From the NCBI GenBank assembly GCA_002633005.1, contig NMRA01000756.1:1-33994 (forward strand): 33,994 nucleotides of DNA, read 5' to 3'. Positions 12,001-22,404 of the stretch are shown here, piece by piece. The stretch is from Phoronis australis. Lineage: Eukaryota > Animalia > Phoronida. Position 1 is the stretch's first letter. Every line of letters begins with the position of its first letter. The notes beneath the pieces are model-generated. The model was not told where the DNA came from. It did no database searches and worked only from the letters and a program-made list of their open reading frames with translations. The translations under genes were made by a program, and so were the position numbers.

Positions 12001-15000
12001 ATCCAGGATTTTGAGTTAGGGGGGCCAGGGCACGGTATTAGCCAGGATTTTGCCCGTCAGACATTCTCACCCCCAAACAGTCAAATGGAATCTGGGAGAA
12101 TTTTAGGGGGGCATGCAACAGACTACCTTGGAATTGAGTTACCATCCTTTATTCATAGTCTGCATACATGCATCTTTTGAGATCAGCTTTATTTGTTGTG
12201 CCTTTTACTTTTAATGATCCATTTAAAACTAAATCTTTCACGGAAAAACAACAGATTTTAAACACTTGAGAACTACGGTGATTGTGAACAAAGATTGTTA
12301 TTGTTCCGGCCCTGCGAAAGCGTCATGAATTATTAGACATCAAAATTCTCAAGGTAACTTACCTTTTTATAAGACCAGCTTCACTCTTAATGATGTGTTT
12401 GTCGTCAAAGCAGCCGTCCTCAAAATGGTCGGAGCATATTTCGGCTCCGACAGATGGTTGACTCGACAGTCATTTTCAAAAGACGAGCAGAGCACACGAA
12501 AACCTGCCATTACGCAGCCAGATGCTTGTCTTTTTAGAATTTAAATGGGCTCATGCCTTCCACCTGGGTGGTGTTAAAATAGTTAGCACACACACATACA
12601 CACCGATGCACCATGGCTAAAACACCCCAAGGTTGAACGGTCTTTGTTCTTCCTGTACTGTGATATAATAGCAGTGAACTGCATTGTGGGATATGATCTG
12701 GTTTGTGTTCCCCAACACCATTTCACGGTGTCAAAGGTCAACTTTACGCGCATTTTCTTATTTTCGCTTTTTTAAATAACTAAAGATACAATAATACGAT
12801 GATTTGAATAAAATACATCCAAAAAGCAATTATCTTGAAAATATTATTGCAATTTAACATACTTGGACCTTGCAAATTACACTTTAATTTTCCGTACATT
12901 TTTTAAATACATGTACTTCACTCAAACTGTTCACGTGGCGGATCACAGTGTATGTTGAGCGTTATTCACACTTTTATAAATATATTACTTCAAACTATTT
13001 TCCGAGTTTGTTGATCGAACCTGGCTAACGACGTCGAGTCGGCATTGACCTACATCTACCTTTTGAACTTTCTATGTCAGAGGTCACTGTTGAAGTAATG
13101 CGGGAGGTGAATACAGAAAACTTTATTACATGGCCGTATTTTCTGCGAGATTCAACGTGTATGAGATAAAACACCATACATCAGAGACAAAAACAGAATT
13201 TTCGAAAGAAGCAGTGTCTGCCTGAATACAGCAGCTATTTTTCTAAAGAAATCTTGACTTTAATTCAAACAAGTGAAATGTTGGAAGTCGAATTATTATA
13301 TCTCCACGGTAATAGTTGGGAATATCTTTGCTTTATATGATCAACAACTATTTCCATCAAAAAACTGTTTTACCTTTCTTTAGATATGGTATACACTCCT
13401 GCGCAAGCGACGCACAAGCCACGACATTTACCGAAAACGTTTTCTCCATTGACTCGACTGGCATGTCCACAAAAGTTTCTGAAAGTAGACCCATATCATG
13501 GATAATAAAACAAGAACCATTGAGATATACGACACAATTTAATATGGACCAACTGTTATCCTTTTAAGATTTTTGGGCATCATTCGAAATGAAACCTGTC
13601 ACTAGCTTTGCGAATGCACAAAATGTGCGCTTTCATTGAGCTTTATCAAAGTAAAACCCCACTCTGATAATGCCAACTCCCACGCATGACCATTGTATTC
13701 TATTATCATAGCCTGCGACCCCGAGACTAGCTGCAGGAATTACACTGCACATTTCTGGCAGTCTGAGTTTTGACCGAGTGTTCAGAGGCGGATCCAGGAT
13801 CTTGAGATAGTGGGGGGAGGCAGAGAAGAGTATTAGCCAGAATTTTGCCCGTCAGACATTCGCACCCCCGTACGGTCAAATGGAATCTGGGAGAATTTTA
13901 GAGGGGCCATGGCCCCCTTGGCCCCCTTTAAATCCGCCACTGGTGTTGTAATTCCATTGCTTTATTTCCATTTTTACGTTTTTGTTCATCAAGAGAAACA
14001 TTTGAGCTACGGTTCTAGATAGCAAGCAGTTTCCTGGTAAAATTAGTCTTTATACCCACCGACTCTTGGCCTGGTTGGATATCGGGAATAGTTTGGCCTC
14101 TAATACCTTTTCATCTTACGTCTTAGAAATATTTTCGACAAGCTATCAAACTACATGTTAGAAGTTTTATAGCAAAACATTTATGGGTTTTAAGAAAAAA
14201 ACCAGACAAAAATGGGAACATGCATATCACAGATTTTTTTTAAAATCAAGCCTATTTGTACACCAAAGTGGAATTATTAATAGCTGGCATATTTTTGGTT
14301 TTGAAAAGTTATCGCTTTCAGTAAAATAAGCTCTCTCTTACATTTTGAAGGTAAAATATAATGGGAGGTGACGCCAATTTTAGCAAACTTTTGATAACGG
14401 CTGGGAAATACCAATACCAGGATGAAGGCAACTTTTCAGGTCACTTTTAGTAAAAAGTATGGTTCGTTGATTATCCCAGATATACTTTTCAGTTAATAAC
14501 AGCTTCCCGTAATTTCATTAATTAGTGGTGCCTTTACTCCGGAAGTGGAGGGTTAAGAATCTCCCTCCATTATGTTTTAATATAGTCTGATGTATGTGCT
14601 GTCGAGTCAGTCATTGTTCTACCTCGGTTGTGATAAGTTCGGTTGTCGTTTGCGTTTGTTCACGAGTCAGTCAACATGTCGTAGGATAGCTGCGTACTGT
14701 TGTGCACTCATTATCATCTTGCGCACTTTGGGTATGCCATTAAACCACTTTCCGAAAGATGACACGCTCCGTCGTACTTGGCTCGTTCGTGTGAAAAACG
14801 TTGTGTTACCGTCCACGCATTGGAACTTCCCGAGTGTGTTGCAAGAATTTTCTGCTGTTGGATTACGAAAGAGATTTGTAGGCGAAATTGATGAAGATTC
14901 CTGCAAAACAACGCCTGACGAAGGGTGCTATACTGTCGCTGTTGAGGTACATTTTTGAAGCGAGTAGCCTCGCGAGCTGTCGCCTCTGCAGTGACTGCAG

Positions 15001-18000
15001 GCGTTCAATCTACTGTCACCATTGCCTCCGAACGTACCCCTAGAGCGTGCAATTCCGGGAAATAGCAGTGATTTGCCTTGTGCTGGTGTTGTCTCCAGCC
15101 CAGAGCTTGTAAGCAGCTCTGCAGCGACGTTGAGTAGTGGCAGTGAATACAGTCCAAGTTCGATACCCAGCTTAAGGACAGTTCGTCGTCTAGTGCACAG
15201 GCCGGTCAGACAAAATTTGGTGAGTTTATTGTGAAGTTGACTAAAGTATTGGAGCTATTTAGAAAGTGACAGCTGTGTAGCGAGGAAGTCACACGGTTAG
15301 ATGTAAACGGTTTGGGTGCTCAGGTCATCTTGCATTTGCACCAGGACGTCCCAAAACGCCTGTCCCCAGTCTCTGTCTCGTTTCTCTCAACAGCTGTCTG
15401 TATTCTACCTCGCTATACTCTGGCTCAAACATGGGAGAACCTTTTTAGAGATTTGTTTGTGAAAGTTTCAATGGCTGAGAATCAAAATGTAGAGGATTTG
15501 GAGAAAGCAATGCAACATTCTGAACTTCCGTGTTATGTTGAAGAAGTATTAGGATAAAGTTTTTCGTTTTACGAAGTCTTCTGTTATTCGCAAACTGAAA
15601 TCGGGTAAGACCACTGGTATGGACGGAATCCCATGCGAAGTGCTGTGATCTTCAGAGATGATTAATATTTTGGTCTCGCTCTTTCAGAAGGTCATTTTCA
15701 CTGGATTTACTCCACCATTACAGTATAAAGCGATTATCATACCGATCGGATTAGACACAGGTAGTGACTTGAATTTATCTTTCAACTATTGAAGCATAAA
15801 TTTGCTCTCTACCCTGAGTGAAGTGTATCATTGTAATGTACTAAACAGGAGATTGACAGAGTTTCTGAATGTCGAACACAGATTGAATGAAAAACAAAAT
15901 GGTTTTCGACAAGGGCGGTCTTCTCTTGATTATGTGTTTACACTCACGTCTATCGTTAAAGATAGAATAGCTTGTAATAGACCAACGTTTAGGATATTGG
16001 TCGATATGGATCGGGCTTTTGACAATTTGTATAGAAACTTATTATTGGAAAATTAATTAATTTAGGAGTAGTTAAAAAATTTGCGCGAAATTCTTGCCTC
16101 CCAAAACGCCATTCCGGAGTAAACCACGAGGAATTAATTAAATTACGAAAAGCAGTAAATAAGTGAAACATATGTTTGGGATAATCAACGAATCTTATTT
16201 TTGATAAAAATGACATGAAAAAAGGTTGCCTTCACCTTTAATCAGCCGACCGCAGGCAGTTAACCAGCAAGATCTTCCTATCCAGTGCAGATCTGTTGTC
16301 AAATCGGCCTACTTTGAAATGGAACAGCTATTTTTAAAAGAAGGTGTGTAGGTTGTTTTGTTAATTTACATATTCAGGTCCTTAGCGGGAGGTTGGCATA
16401 GGGGGTTGAGGCTTTAAAATTTGGTGCAACTGAATGTCTGGAAACAACAGGTAGTAGTGTTCGGGGGAAAGGGCATGGTGAGGTAATTCTTAACCTTCAT
16501 GAAATTCTTTCATGTTTCGTGAAACAGTTTTGATATCCATTGTAAACCCCTAAAACATATTACATCATCTGAATTCTCAACAACTGAAAAATCTGAACTC
16601 ATGCTTTGAAATGTTGCGAGTCGTTTATAAATTCGTATGACTGTCATTTTTTGAAAAGTGCATTTTTGATGTAAACACACGAGTGAGGTCGTATTTGAAC
16701 GTGTTATTCTTACTGCCAATACGCAAACAATGGCGCCTTAGGATTTTTTTATTACTCTTAAACAAAAGAAAGATTATCCCTCATTTTTAAATGACTCAAG
16801 TTTTCATATCCTCTACTAGAAGAAAAATAGAAAATCTGAGAAACGGTTCCTTCAGCCTTAGACAAGAAGAGTGCTTAACAGACTCGAGAATCGGTAATCG
16901 GTGTTTATAGTTGCTGAAATATCAAAAATCAAAGGCTTGAAAATGGCTAACAAAGGTTTGAATTTGTCTCAAATAACTTGCATATTTTGCAGACAAGTGG
17001 TGCTTTTAAAGCTTTGTTATGGTTAGGAATGAAAAAGAAAAACGTAGTTATATATAAATCAATACTTATTATGATACATACATCTTTGATTTCTGGCAAT
17101 ATTAATTATTATACTTTGTGTGAAATTGTAAAACAGTTACCATGTCAAGGGCAACATTTTGACCCAACCTGACCTATTTGATTATTCACGAATCAATATT
17201 TCGTCCATGTTCAGTGACATTTTAAGGCCATTTTCTTCCCACAGCATGTCGTCCACACACCAGCAGTGCTGCAGGGCATAATATACAAACTAGTGGCCCT
17301 GGAGAATTGCGAATCGCAGTACTAAGTTACCATAAGATAATGTCCCAGTGCATTGTCTGTGTGTGAAGAGGAACTATATTATCTGACTGTTAAACCAGCC
17401 AGCCTCATTGGTGAGGATGCCTTTTCGTAGGCAATATGTAATGTGTGGACAACAATGGCTTATTACCTTTCCTGAAAGAAACATGAGGGACTGAAGCTAA
17501 AGAAGACATAGTTTAGGGTCAGATTTTTGGCACAAAGTGAGTCAAGTGATACGATGTTGTGTTTATCTTTAAGGACCTAATTATGGACATCATTGGGGCG
17601 GAATGAGGTTACATGAAGGAAAGCCACGTGCCGAAACTGGACTTTTTCACGAGCAATTCTATTAGCCATTGAAACTCGTTCCTAGTGAAGTGAAAACCAA
17701 AAGCTTCTCGTAAAAATGCTTGTCCTTTCTCACTGTGTGACTTTCCTTTGAGAAGAAATGCTTTTTACTAATGGTAAAAACTTTTCAACTTGGTACGCAT
17801 TATGCAGAAATGACATTCAGGGACTGCACTGATTGTCTTACTGTCAATAGAGAGCCCGTTAATGTTACACTACGATGTTTGAATAAATTTTTCATCAACA
17901 TGCAAGTTTGTCACTAATCATTCAAACCACAATATTTCATCAGTTTTAAAGCCCCATACAGTGTAGTTGTGCTGCTTCTTTGTAAAGCTAAGTGATTACC

Positions 18001-21000
18001 GATTACGCTTGCGAATTGTCATTTTTCTGTTGACCTATAGAAATGTCCGGCGATCAAAACGAAGTATTCCTTTTCATTGCATTTGATTTGTTTACAAGTA
18101 AAACTATTTTAGAGCTTTCTGAAAAAGGCCCTTGAACAGTTTTAAGTTTTGCGTTAACTTGTCTATAACAAAAGTTCCACATGCAAGCAAAGTATGTTTT
18201 CAATCATAGCTAGCTGGATAAGAATCTGCTATACACAATATTTGAGAATAGACGATAATCAGTGTATTTAAAAACAAAATGGAAAAATGAACAACCACAT
18301 ACATACAACGGAACAACATTATTTAATAAAAACAACTGTAACTTTCCCTATGCAAAAGAGTTTATAATCATGGGTATCAAGGTTTGATCTTCTAAATTGA
18401 GAGGTTCAATTCCCCCAGGTTAGTGCTGAAGGACTGCTTTTCACTCTGTCGAAATGTAAAATTGACGGCAAGGCGCCTGGTTTCAGTCGCTTTCTTTCAC
18501 CTGTAACAGAGAAATATTAGCAAATTATAGAAGAAAACACAATACAAACCTACTTTTGTAAGGCAGAATATACTTGGCATTTCATCTTCATGTTTATATG
18601 TAGAAACTAATAATCTTTGTACCCAGGCCTCATTTAAAATCTGCATTATGATATGTGAGACAGGCTTAAAAGTGATTTAAGAACGTGTATTTGTCATTAC
18701 ACATAAAGTGTGTTTCTGATCTCAACAAATAAATTTATTCAAGGTGTCAATATTTATTCCAATGCAATGTTACTAATTTACTGAATAGTTCATTCACGTT
18801 AATTCGGTAACTATAATCTGGTAGTCCTGGGTGAAGGTCCGCTATGAAATAATGAAACTCACTAATCTAGAGAATCTCATTGGACAAAGCATAGTTTTGT
18901 AAAGTAACTGCTGTGAAAAAGTCACCCTTAACTTCTGAGCAGCACGTCCCATACACCTGTTATATTTGGAGCACTCCCACCCAGGACAATATGTGGATAT
19001 GTGCCGCTAGCCTACCATCCGGGTCCCAACTGAGTTTCTGAAGAGAAACTTTGTTCCAATGAATAAACCCGTTATTCTGTGGGGTAACTGGTGGGGGTAA
19101 CATCCTTGAGCGACGCCGCTAGAAACTTGATTGCTAAAAACTTACCAAGTATGGTGAATATGTAGTCTCTCAATAGAAATGCATGGAACACACAGACGGG
19201 GCGTGAGGCTTCGGCATCCACACACTTTATGTCACTGGGTTGACCCCTTTGACCGCAATTCTTTACGCATGTAGTAACCTTAGCTCTTTTGGAAATTTGT
19301 GACCATCTGTCGAAGGTTTTGTACCCCGGGAAATAATAAGGCTTAGCGCGACGACGTATTTTGATAACAATTCCGTATTTTTACCAACTGTTTACATACA
19401 GACAGCGACGCATGCGTAATTCAATCACCACTAGCACAGCAGCGACACCGCGTTGAATAGACCCATTTATTTCAAAGTACACCTGGCAGCTGTTCACCCC
19501 TGGACAAGCTGAACTGCATTACACAGTCTCACCTTGCACAATCACAGACACTCCACAATTCGGCACCATTCGTTATATCAATTTTGTCAATAATCAGTCT
19601 CAGTGGCACACATCAAACACTTATAATCACAAGCACCGAAATATAAATGTTTTGTAGCTTTAATTCTTACCATTATCATGGCCGATCACTCGGCTCGTCA
19701 TAAACCACGAGACCCCAACTCTATTTAACGTATCTCTTGCGCTTTAGACCAGGACCCAGTTGCATAAAAGTTATACGCCGTACATGTATAGCAACAAAGA
19801 CGTCGCATTATCACGCGTCACGTTGTTATTGTTGAACAATGCACCTGACGTCATGCAACAATCAAACTTATCCAGCGTATAACTTTTGAAGCTTTATGCA
19901 ACTCAGCCCAGGCGGTCTCAAGCTTTCAATTGTTAGTTGCACGAATTCTTGACGCAATAATGGCTTTGAGCTGTTAACGAATTTATATTATTTTTCACGA
20001 AAATTTTCTTAAAAAATAGTTCTTATCCAAGTGCAGTTGGTCAAGTGACCACCAATGTATTGCAGTTCACAATACACGTGCAATTAACATGAATGATAAT
20101 AAGTCTATTGGCCTATGTTGAGGCCAAGCAAGCGCGGGAGCAATGGGTGAGGCAGTGTGGCGAATGTGCCACTTCTTGTTTGCTCGTGATGGTTATTTCA
20201 TTTTATCTTAGAGATGGAAACTAAGTGATCAAGTTGTTGTTCTCAGTAATGAAGTGAAAAAAATGAAAGGCTCACTCCCGGCGCCGTCGAAACAAGCTGC
20301 GTTGTTCACCAATATATCAATCTTCCCATTATTGGCATCAGCCACAGCTTTTACTGCTTCTGGGAATTTCTTCAGGTCGGCAAGGTCCACCTTACAGAAA
20401 GACACCTTGCCCCCTCTGGCATTGGTCTCCTTCACTACGGCGTTGGCAGTTTCCTCGTTTCTAGCAAAGATGACAACGATGGCGCCGTCGTTGCTGAAGT
20501 AACAATACAGTACATGTAAATGAGCAGAACAGTTTTAAAACATGATTATCAACTATCCATTATAAGGAGATAGGAAGTTGCTGAATATTTTTTTTTTAAA
20601 TTTTGAATTAAAAGACCCAGTTTTGTTGGGTCTGGTTACAACACTACCGTTGTCAGCCATCTTTGCTCGCTGTATCTATGAAATCACCTGCAGCCTGTAA
20701 TAACAGCAATGCAATTAGAAAGTTGTGAACTCGAGAACAATGCAACAAAATGGTTAGCAAATACGTGATGCAGATAACGCGCTACGCGTGATTACTATTT
20801 GTTTATAAATTTCAAGTCTACTTCTGCGACTAAGCGCCTGTAAGATTCCCACGTTACTAGCCGCATGAGTACAATAAGTTGTATTCTCCCTTCTTAGTTC
20901 TATTCTCTTTACTTGATGAATTGCAGTTGTCGATATTCATACTTCTCTTAATGTTCCAAACGACGTTCATTCGTCTTGCTTGTTCAACTGAATAAAACGC

Positions 21001-22207
21001 ATTGAAATACCTGCGGGTTATCATCTAATGGTGCCGTGAATAAAGCGATGAAATGCTAGTAGGCATGGTCGTGAACATGGCGGCGTGCATTACCGGTAAT
21101 GGAACAAAGCGCGCGCTAGATTAATGGTTGCACAGGAAACACTGCACAAGGTCGCGTGGGAGTACATGTTTACCGCTGTTAAAATTAGCATGTTCTTTAA
21201 AAAGTTTAACATTGATTGTTTTTATATTAAAAGCTGTTATAGAGTTGCATCCTCTTGTAAAGTTTTTTTCTGACAATAAAACTATCTGTAAGGGGTATGA
21301 CTGTATCACGTAGCAGCTCACGCGATTGGTCAAAAATGAACAGTAAAGGTAGGTTTTTAAACTCAACATAACTGAGTAGAATATGAAACTTTTTTATGTA
21401 AAAGTTGTACCCTTCGTAGAGTTAAATTATGTGACACGAGTTACACTTTTCTGGAAATGCTTCCTTCAATTCCGACCCATCTGAACAATATCCCGTTACA
21501 TTCTATACTAATTTGGACCTCTTTTTACCAAAGTAACCCGAGGGTGGCTTTATACTTAATTCAGAAAACGATAACCTAAATTCTGACCTCGATTTGCAGA
21601 TAACATTGAAAAACTTTATCGTAAGTGTTTGCGTTATTACAAGGCACACGTTAAGGAATTTTGCCATGTCATGTAACCAGCAATACATGGATATTTTTGC
21701 ATGTAACAACCAGTCTCTACGAGTGACTTCGAAACGAATATGTAGATGAACGTCTTTGGTGTCTTTCAACTTGAATGCAGCCAGAAGTCATGTTTATTTT
21801 TTCTTACTCAGCGGTATAGAACTGAGCGAATGTTGCACAAACATAATGTTATGACAAAACGAAACATCGACTCACAATACACAATAATGAAATTGAGGCG
21901 GGGGATGCTGTCTCAGATGAACATCAAACTATGAGCAGGATAACTTAAATTGTGTTTGCGATATACGGACCAATATAATACTATTTGGGTTTTTTGTATG
22001 CGACCGATGGATTTGTTTCAATTGCAATGTCAGTCATACATGTAATTACCTCAATCGTTCCACGATGGCTCGACCAATTCCATAGTTACCGCCAGTCACT
22101 ATTGCTACCTTTCCGAGCAGGCGACCCTTTGTAAATTCTTGGTCAAGCTTGGGTTGACTATAAGTCTCGGAATATTCTTTGGCCGAATACGGATCATGAG
22201 TTGCCAT
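1..22207 (-). CDS. Classical short-chain dehydrogenase/reductase, multi-exon gene (whole span; 3' end lies beyond the window start)
   Basis: Five GT-AG exons join in consistent phase with no stops: MATHDPYSAKEYSETYSQPKLDQEFTKGRLLGKVAIVTGGNYGIGRAIVERLS-NDGAIVVIFARNEE...KIDILVNNAACFDGAG-KTFVDMPVESMEKTFSVNVVACASLAQECIPYLKKG-GSESSIVNITSISAVDAQPNQSVYNASKAGLLMLSKCMALDLATSGVRVNCVSPGWTWTGI-TRDIFKTEEEFTKARGHT. Rossmann TGxxxGxG, NNAG-like, catalytic N-S-YxxxK and VNxVxPG motifs are all present. Confidence 0.93.
500..1600. repeat. Degenerate tandem-repeat array of probable Helitron/Helentron-type non-autonomous element
   Basis: Recurrent ccaaattt(c/t)atgaaaatcc-like units (~612, ~946); 737-805 is similar to 1534-1600 (cggaaaatcatc..tcag..cctctt...ccaattt). 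Confidence 0.45.
1042..1459. mobile_element. Foldback/MITE-like non-autonomous DNA transposon with long inverted arms
   Basis: 1101-1200 plus 1243-1281 is the inverted copy of 1317-1447 (e.g. ctgcaaacac.gtccactgactcacaaacacg.gaacggactc); termini CTCTAT...ATAGAG; CATT flanks both sides (1038-1041, 1460-1463). Confidence 0.7.
1866..2050 (-). CDS. SDR coding exon 4 (catalytic)
   Basis: Acceptor ggactttcag; encodes SIVNITSIS, YNASKAG and VRVNCVSPGW; donor gtaagt at 1865 (phase 0). Confidence 0.94.
2197..2355 (+). repeat. Dispersed-repeat module B with a 22-bp perfect palindrome (possibly Crypton-like)
   Basis: Homologous to 23157-23310; contains gtattcaacgcgcgttgaatac (2271-2292). The family assignment is inference. 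Confidence 0.65.
3240..3374 (+). repeat. Dispersed-repeat module A, left half (interrupted by the Kolobok-like element)
   Basis: Matches the reverse complement of ~22985-23155 (atacacaaaacgt.ccgagagtgg.gta.atga.gtaatatcccacgaga). Confidence 0.75.
3608..5460 (+). pseudogene. KolX-like accessory gene (P2X7 cytoplasmic ballast-like Cys-rich domain), two exons, frameshifted
   Basis: Exon 1 3608-3893 (acidic; ends DVSD-TG|gtaag). Exon 2 from 5073 (ttgcag|G): WCTWGNC...EERVCCQEV, then after frameshifts CIVEHGG, VLETAWLQY, and HVAYRQFQRWVHGHLGRTVCVVIPACAVACIRAFYP, matching the WCxCGxC...CC...AYRQF..W..G.LG...R..IP.C.V..IR..P pattern. Confidence 0.82.
6763..10460 (-). pseudogene. Tx1/L1 ORF2 (APE endonuclease, reverse transcriptase, CCHC finger), disrupted
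   Basis: Endonuclease motifs LSLNCRGL, CLHDTH, GDWN, SRLDFF, TDH; RT motifs PGPDG, WRPISLLN, DFEKAFDSV, RGCKQGDPLSPYLF, YADD; C-terminal CTFC...HLYWQC. Several frameshifts plus in-frame TAG stops at ~8309, 7587 and 7099. Confidence 0.95.
11000..11867 (-). pseudogene. Tx1/L1 ORF1 (coiled coil + RRM + C-terminal domain), one frameshift near 11480-11500
   Basis: Starts MPGKSQRK; coiled-coil segment; EWRSRRYNLLNYGINE, CHRL, SRAIVVKF and DLPPVLKQKRGEL are typical L1 ORF1p motifs. Confidence 0.85.
11992..12115 (+). mobile_element. Truncated copy of a GCGGATCCAGG-type MITE
   Basis: Closely matches 13783-13910 (ttttgcccgtcagacattc.cacccc...gtcaaatggaatctgggagaatttta); right TIR missing. Confidence 0.7.
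12363..12614 (-). pseudogene. THAP zinc-finger first exon of the Kolobok-like transposase gene
   Basis: MVHRCVCVC..., FKF*KDKHLAA*W, then EICSDHFEDGCFDDKHIIKSEAG; donor gtaagt at 12362. No DDE core is recognisable downstream. Confidence 0.75.
12884..13170 (+). repeat. Dispersed-repeat module A, right half
   Basis: ctgttcacgtggcggatcaca and cagaggtcactgttgaagta.tgcgggaggtgaatac.gaaaactttattacatgg match the reverse complement of 22930-22955 and 22405-22590. Confidence 0.8.
13374..13478 (-). CDS. SDR coding exon 3
   Basis: Acceptor ctactttcag; 105 bp, phase 1-1; encodes TFSVNVVA (helix Asn) and CIPYLKK; donor gtaaaa. Confidence 0.9.
13783..13942 (+). mobile_element. 160-bp MITE
   Basis: TIRs cagaggcggat / atccgccactg (10/11); 5-bp TSD GTGTT (13778-13782, 13943-13947). 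Confidence 0.85.
14676..14945 (+). pseudogene. THAP-domain remnant of a DNA transposon (Kolobok-like)
   Basis: MS*DSCVLLC; HFPKDDTLRRTWLVRV; then, frameshifted, VCCKNFLLLDYERDL*AKLMKIPAKQRLTKGAILSL (degenerate CSxHF and AVPT boxes). Confidence 0.7.
15420..16056 (+). pseudogene. Fragment of a LINE reverse transcriptase (RTE-X/CR1-like)
   Basis: KLKSGKTTGMDGIPCEVL...AIIIPI...NY*SINLLSTLSEVY...LNRRL...QNGFRQGRSSLDYVFTL...VDMDRAFDNLYRNLL; truncated before the YADD motif. Confidence 0.85.
16060..16857 (-). mobile_element. Terminal portion of a probable Kolobok-like element, inverted relative to 14421-14590
   Basis: 16060-16235 is a diverged inverted copy of 14421-14590; the outer end reads ctaa|ggctgaaggaacc on the minus strand (degenerate TTAA). 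Confidence 0.45.
18406..19330 (-). pseudogene. Two-exon THAP-domain pseudogene (transposon-derived)
   Basis: HKFPKE...VWMPKPH...VCSMHF...DYIFTILG|gtaag (donor 19145); intron 18501-19145; acceptor tttctctgttacag then GERKRLKPGALPSILHF (AVPTIF box). Confidence 0.78.
18824..18987. mobile_element. Small MITE-like insertion within the THAP intron
   Basis: 10-bp inverted ends gtcctgggtg / cacccaggac; no clear TSD. Confidence 0.4.
19753..19908. mobile_element. PIF/Harbinger-type MITE
   Basis: TIRs gacccagttgcataaa vs ggctgagttgcataaa; internal inverted aaaagttatacgc/gcgtataactttt; 3-bp TSD CAG (19750-19752, 19909-19911). Confidence 0.75.
20276..20493 (-). CDS. SDR coding exon 2
   Basis: Acceptor ttacttcag; AG|C completes Ser; encodes GAIVVIFARN...VDLAD...IDILVNNAA; donor gtgagc at 20275 (phase 1). 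Overlaps ORF 20229..20435. Confidence 0.93.
22050..22207 (-). CDS. SDR coding exon 1
   Basis: ATG at 22207 (caagATGG); 52 codons + AG; contains GKVAIVTGGNYGIG; donor gtaatt at 22049. Confidence 0.9.
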
Positions 22208-22330
22208 CTTGTCGACATAAATTGTTATCTATGCACTGCTGTATAAGAGGTGTAACCAGGAGAGCTTTCCGTAGACCTACCTTCTCGCGATAAATTCAAG
22301 TGATAAGGATGACGTTTGGCGTCATGAACA

Positions 22331-22338
22331 TGACGTCA
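22331..22338. promoter_or_regulatory. Perfect CRE/ATF palindrome TGACGTCA ~125 bp upstream of the SDR start codon
   Basis: Motif is seen directly, with a TGACG half-site nearby at ~22310; function is inferred only. Confidence 0.3.
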
Positions 22339-22404
22339 AATATCATAAGTCATTTGTCATATCGTGTTGATTTACTTTTTTTCTTCTTCTGTTGACAAAG
22401 GATG

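Larger units (their letters stand above)
3375..12883 (-). mobile_element. Decayed Kolobok-superfamily DNA transposon (~4.1 kb after removing the nested Tx1)
   Basis: TTAA on both sides (3371-3374, 12884-12887); TIRs agaggaaattgcaaggtccaa vs agtgtaatttgcaaggtccaa (18/21); convergent THAP and KolX-like genes; the flanks rejoin to match the uninterrupted repeat at ~22930-23030. Confidence 0.88.

Noticed and set aside
17200-17472. Additional SDR exon after the tctttcag acceptor
   Set aside because: The translation is not SDR-like and hits stops; exon 13374-13478 already fills this position.
20640-20662. Alternative SDR first exon (ATGGCTGACAACG|gtagt)
   Set aside because: It ends in phase 1 whereas exon 2 needs phase 2, and it lacks the TGxxxGxG motif.
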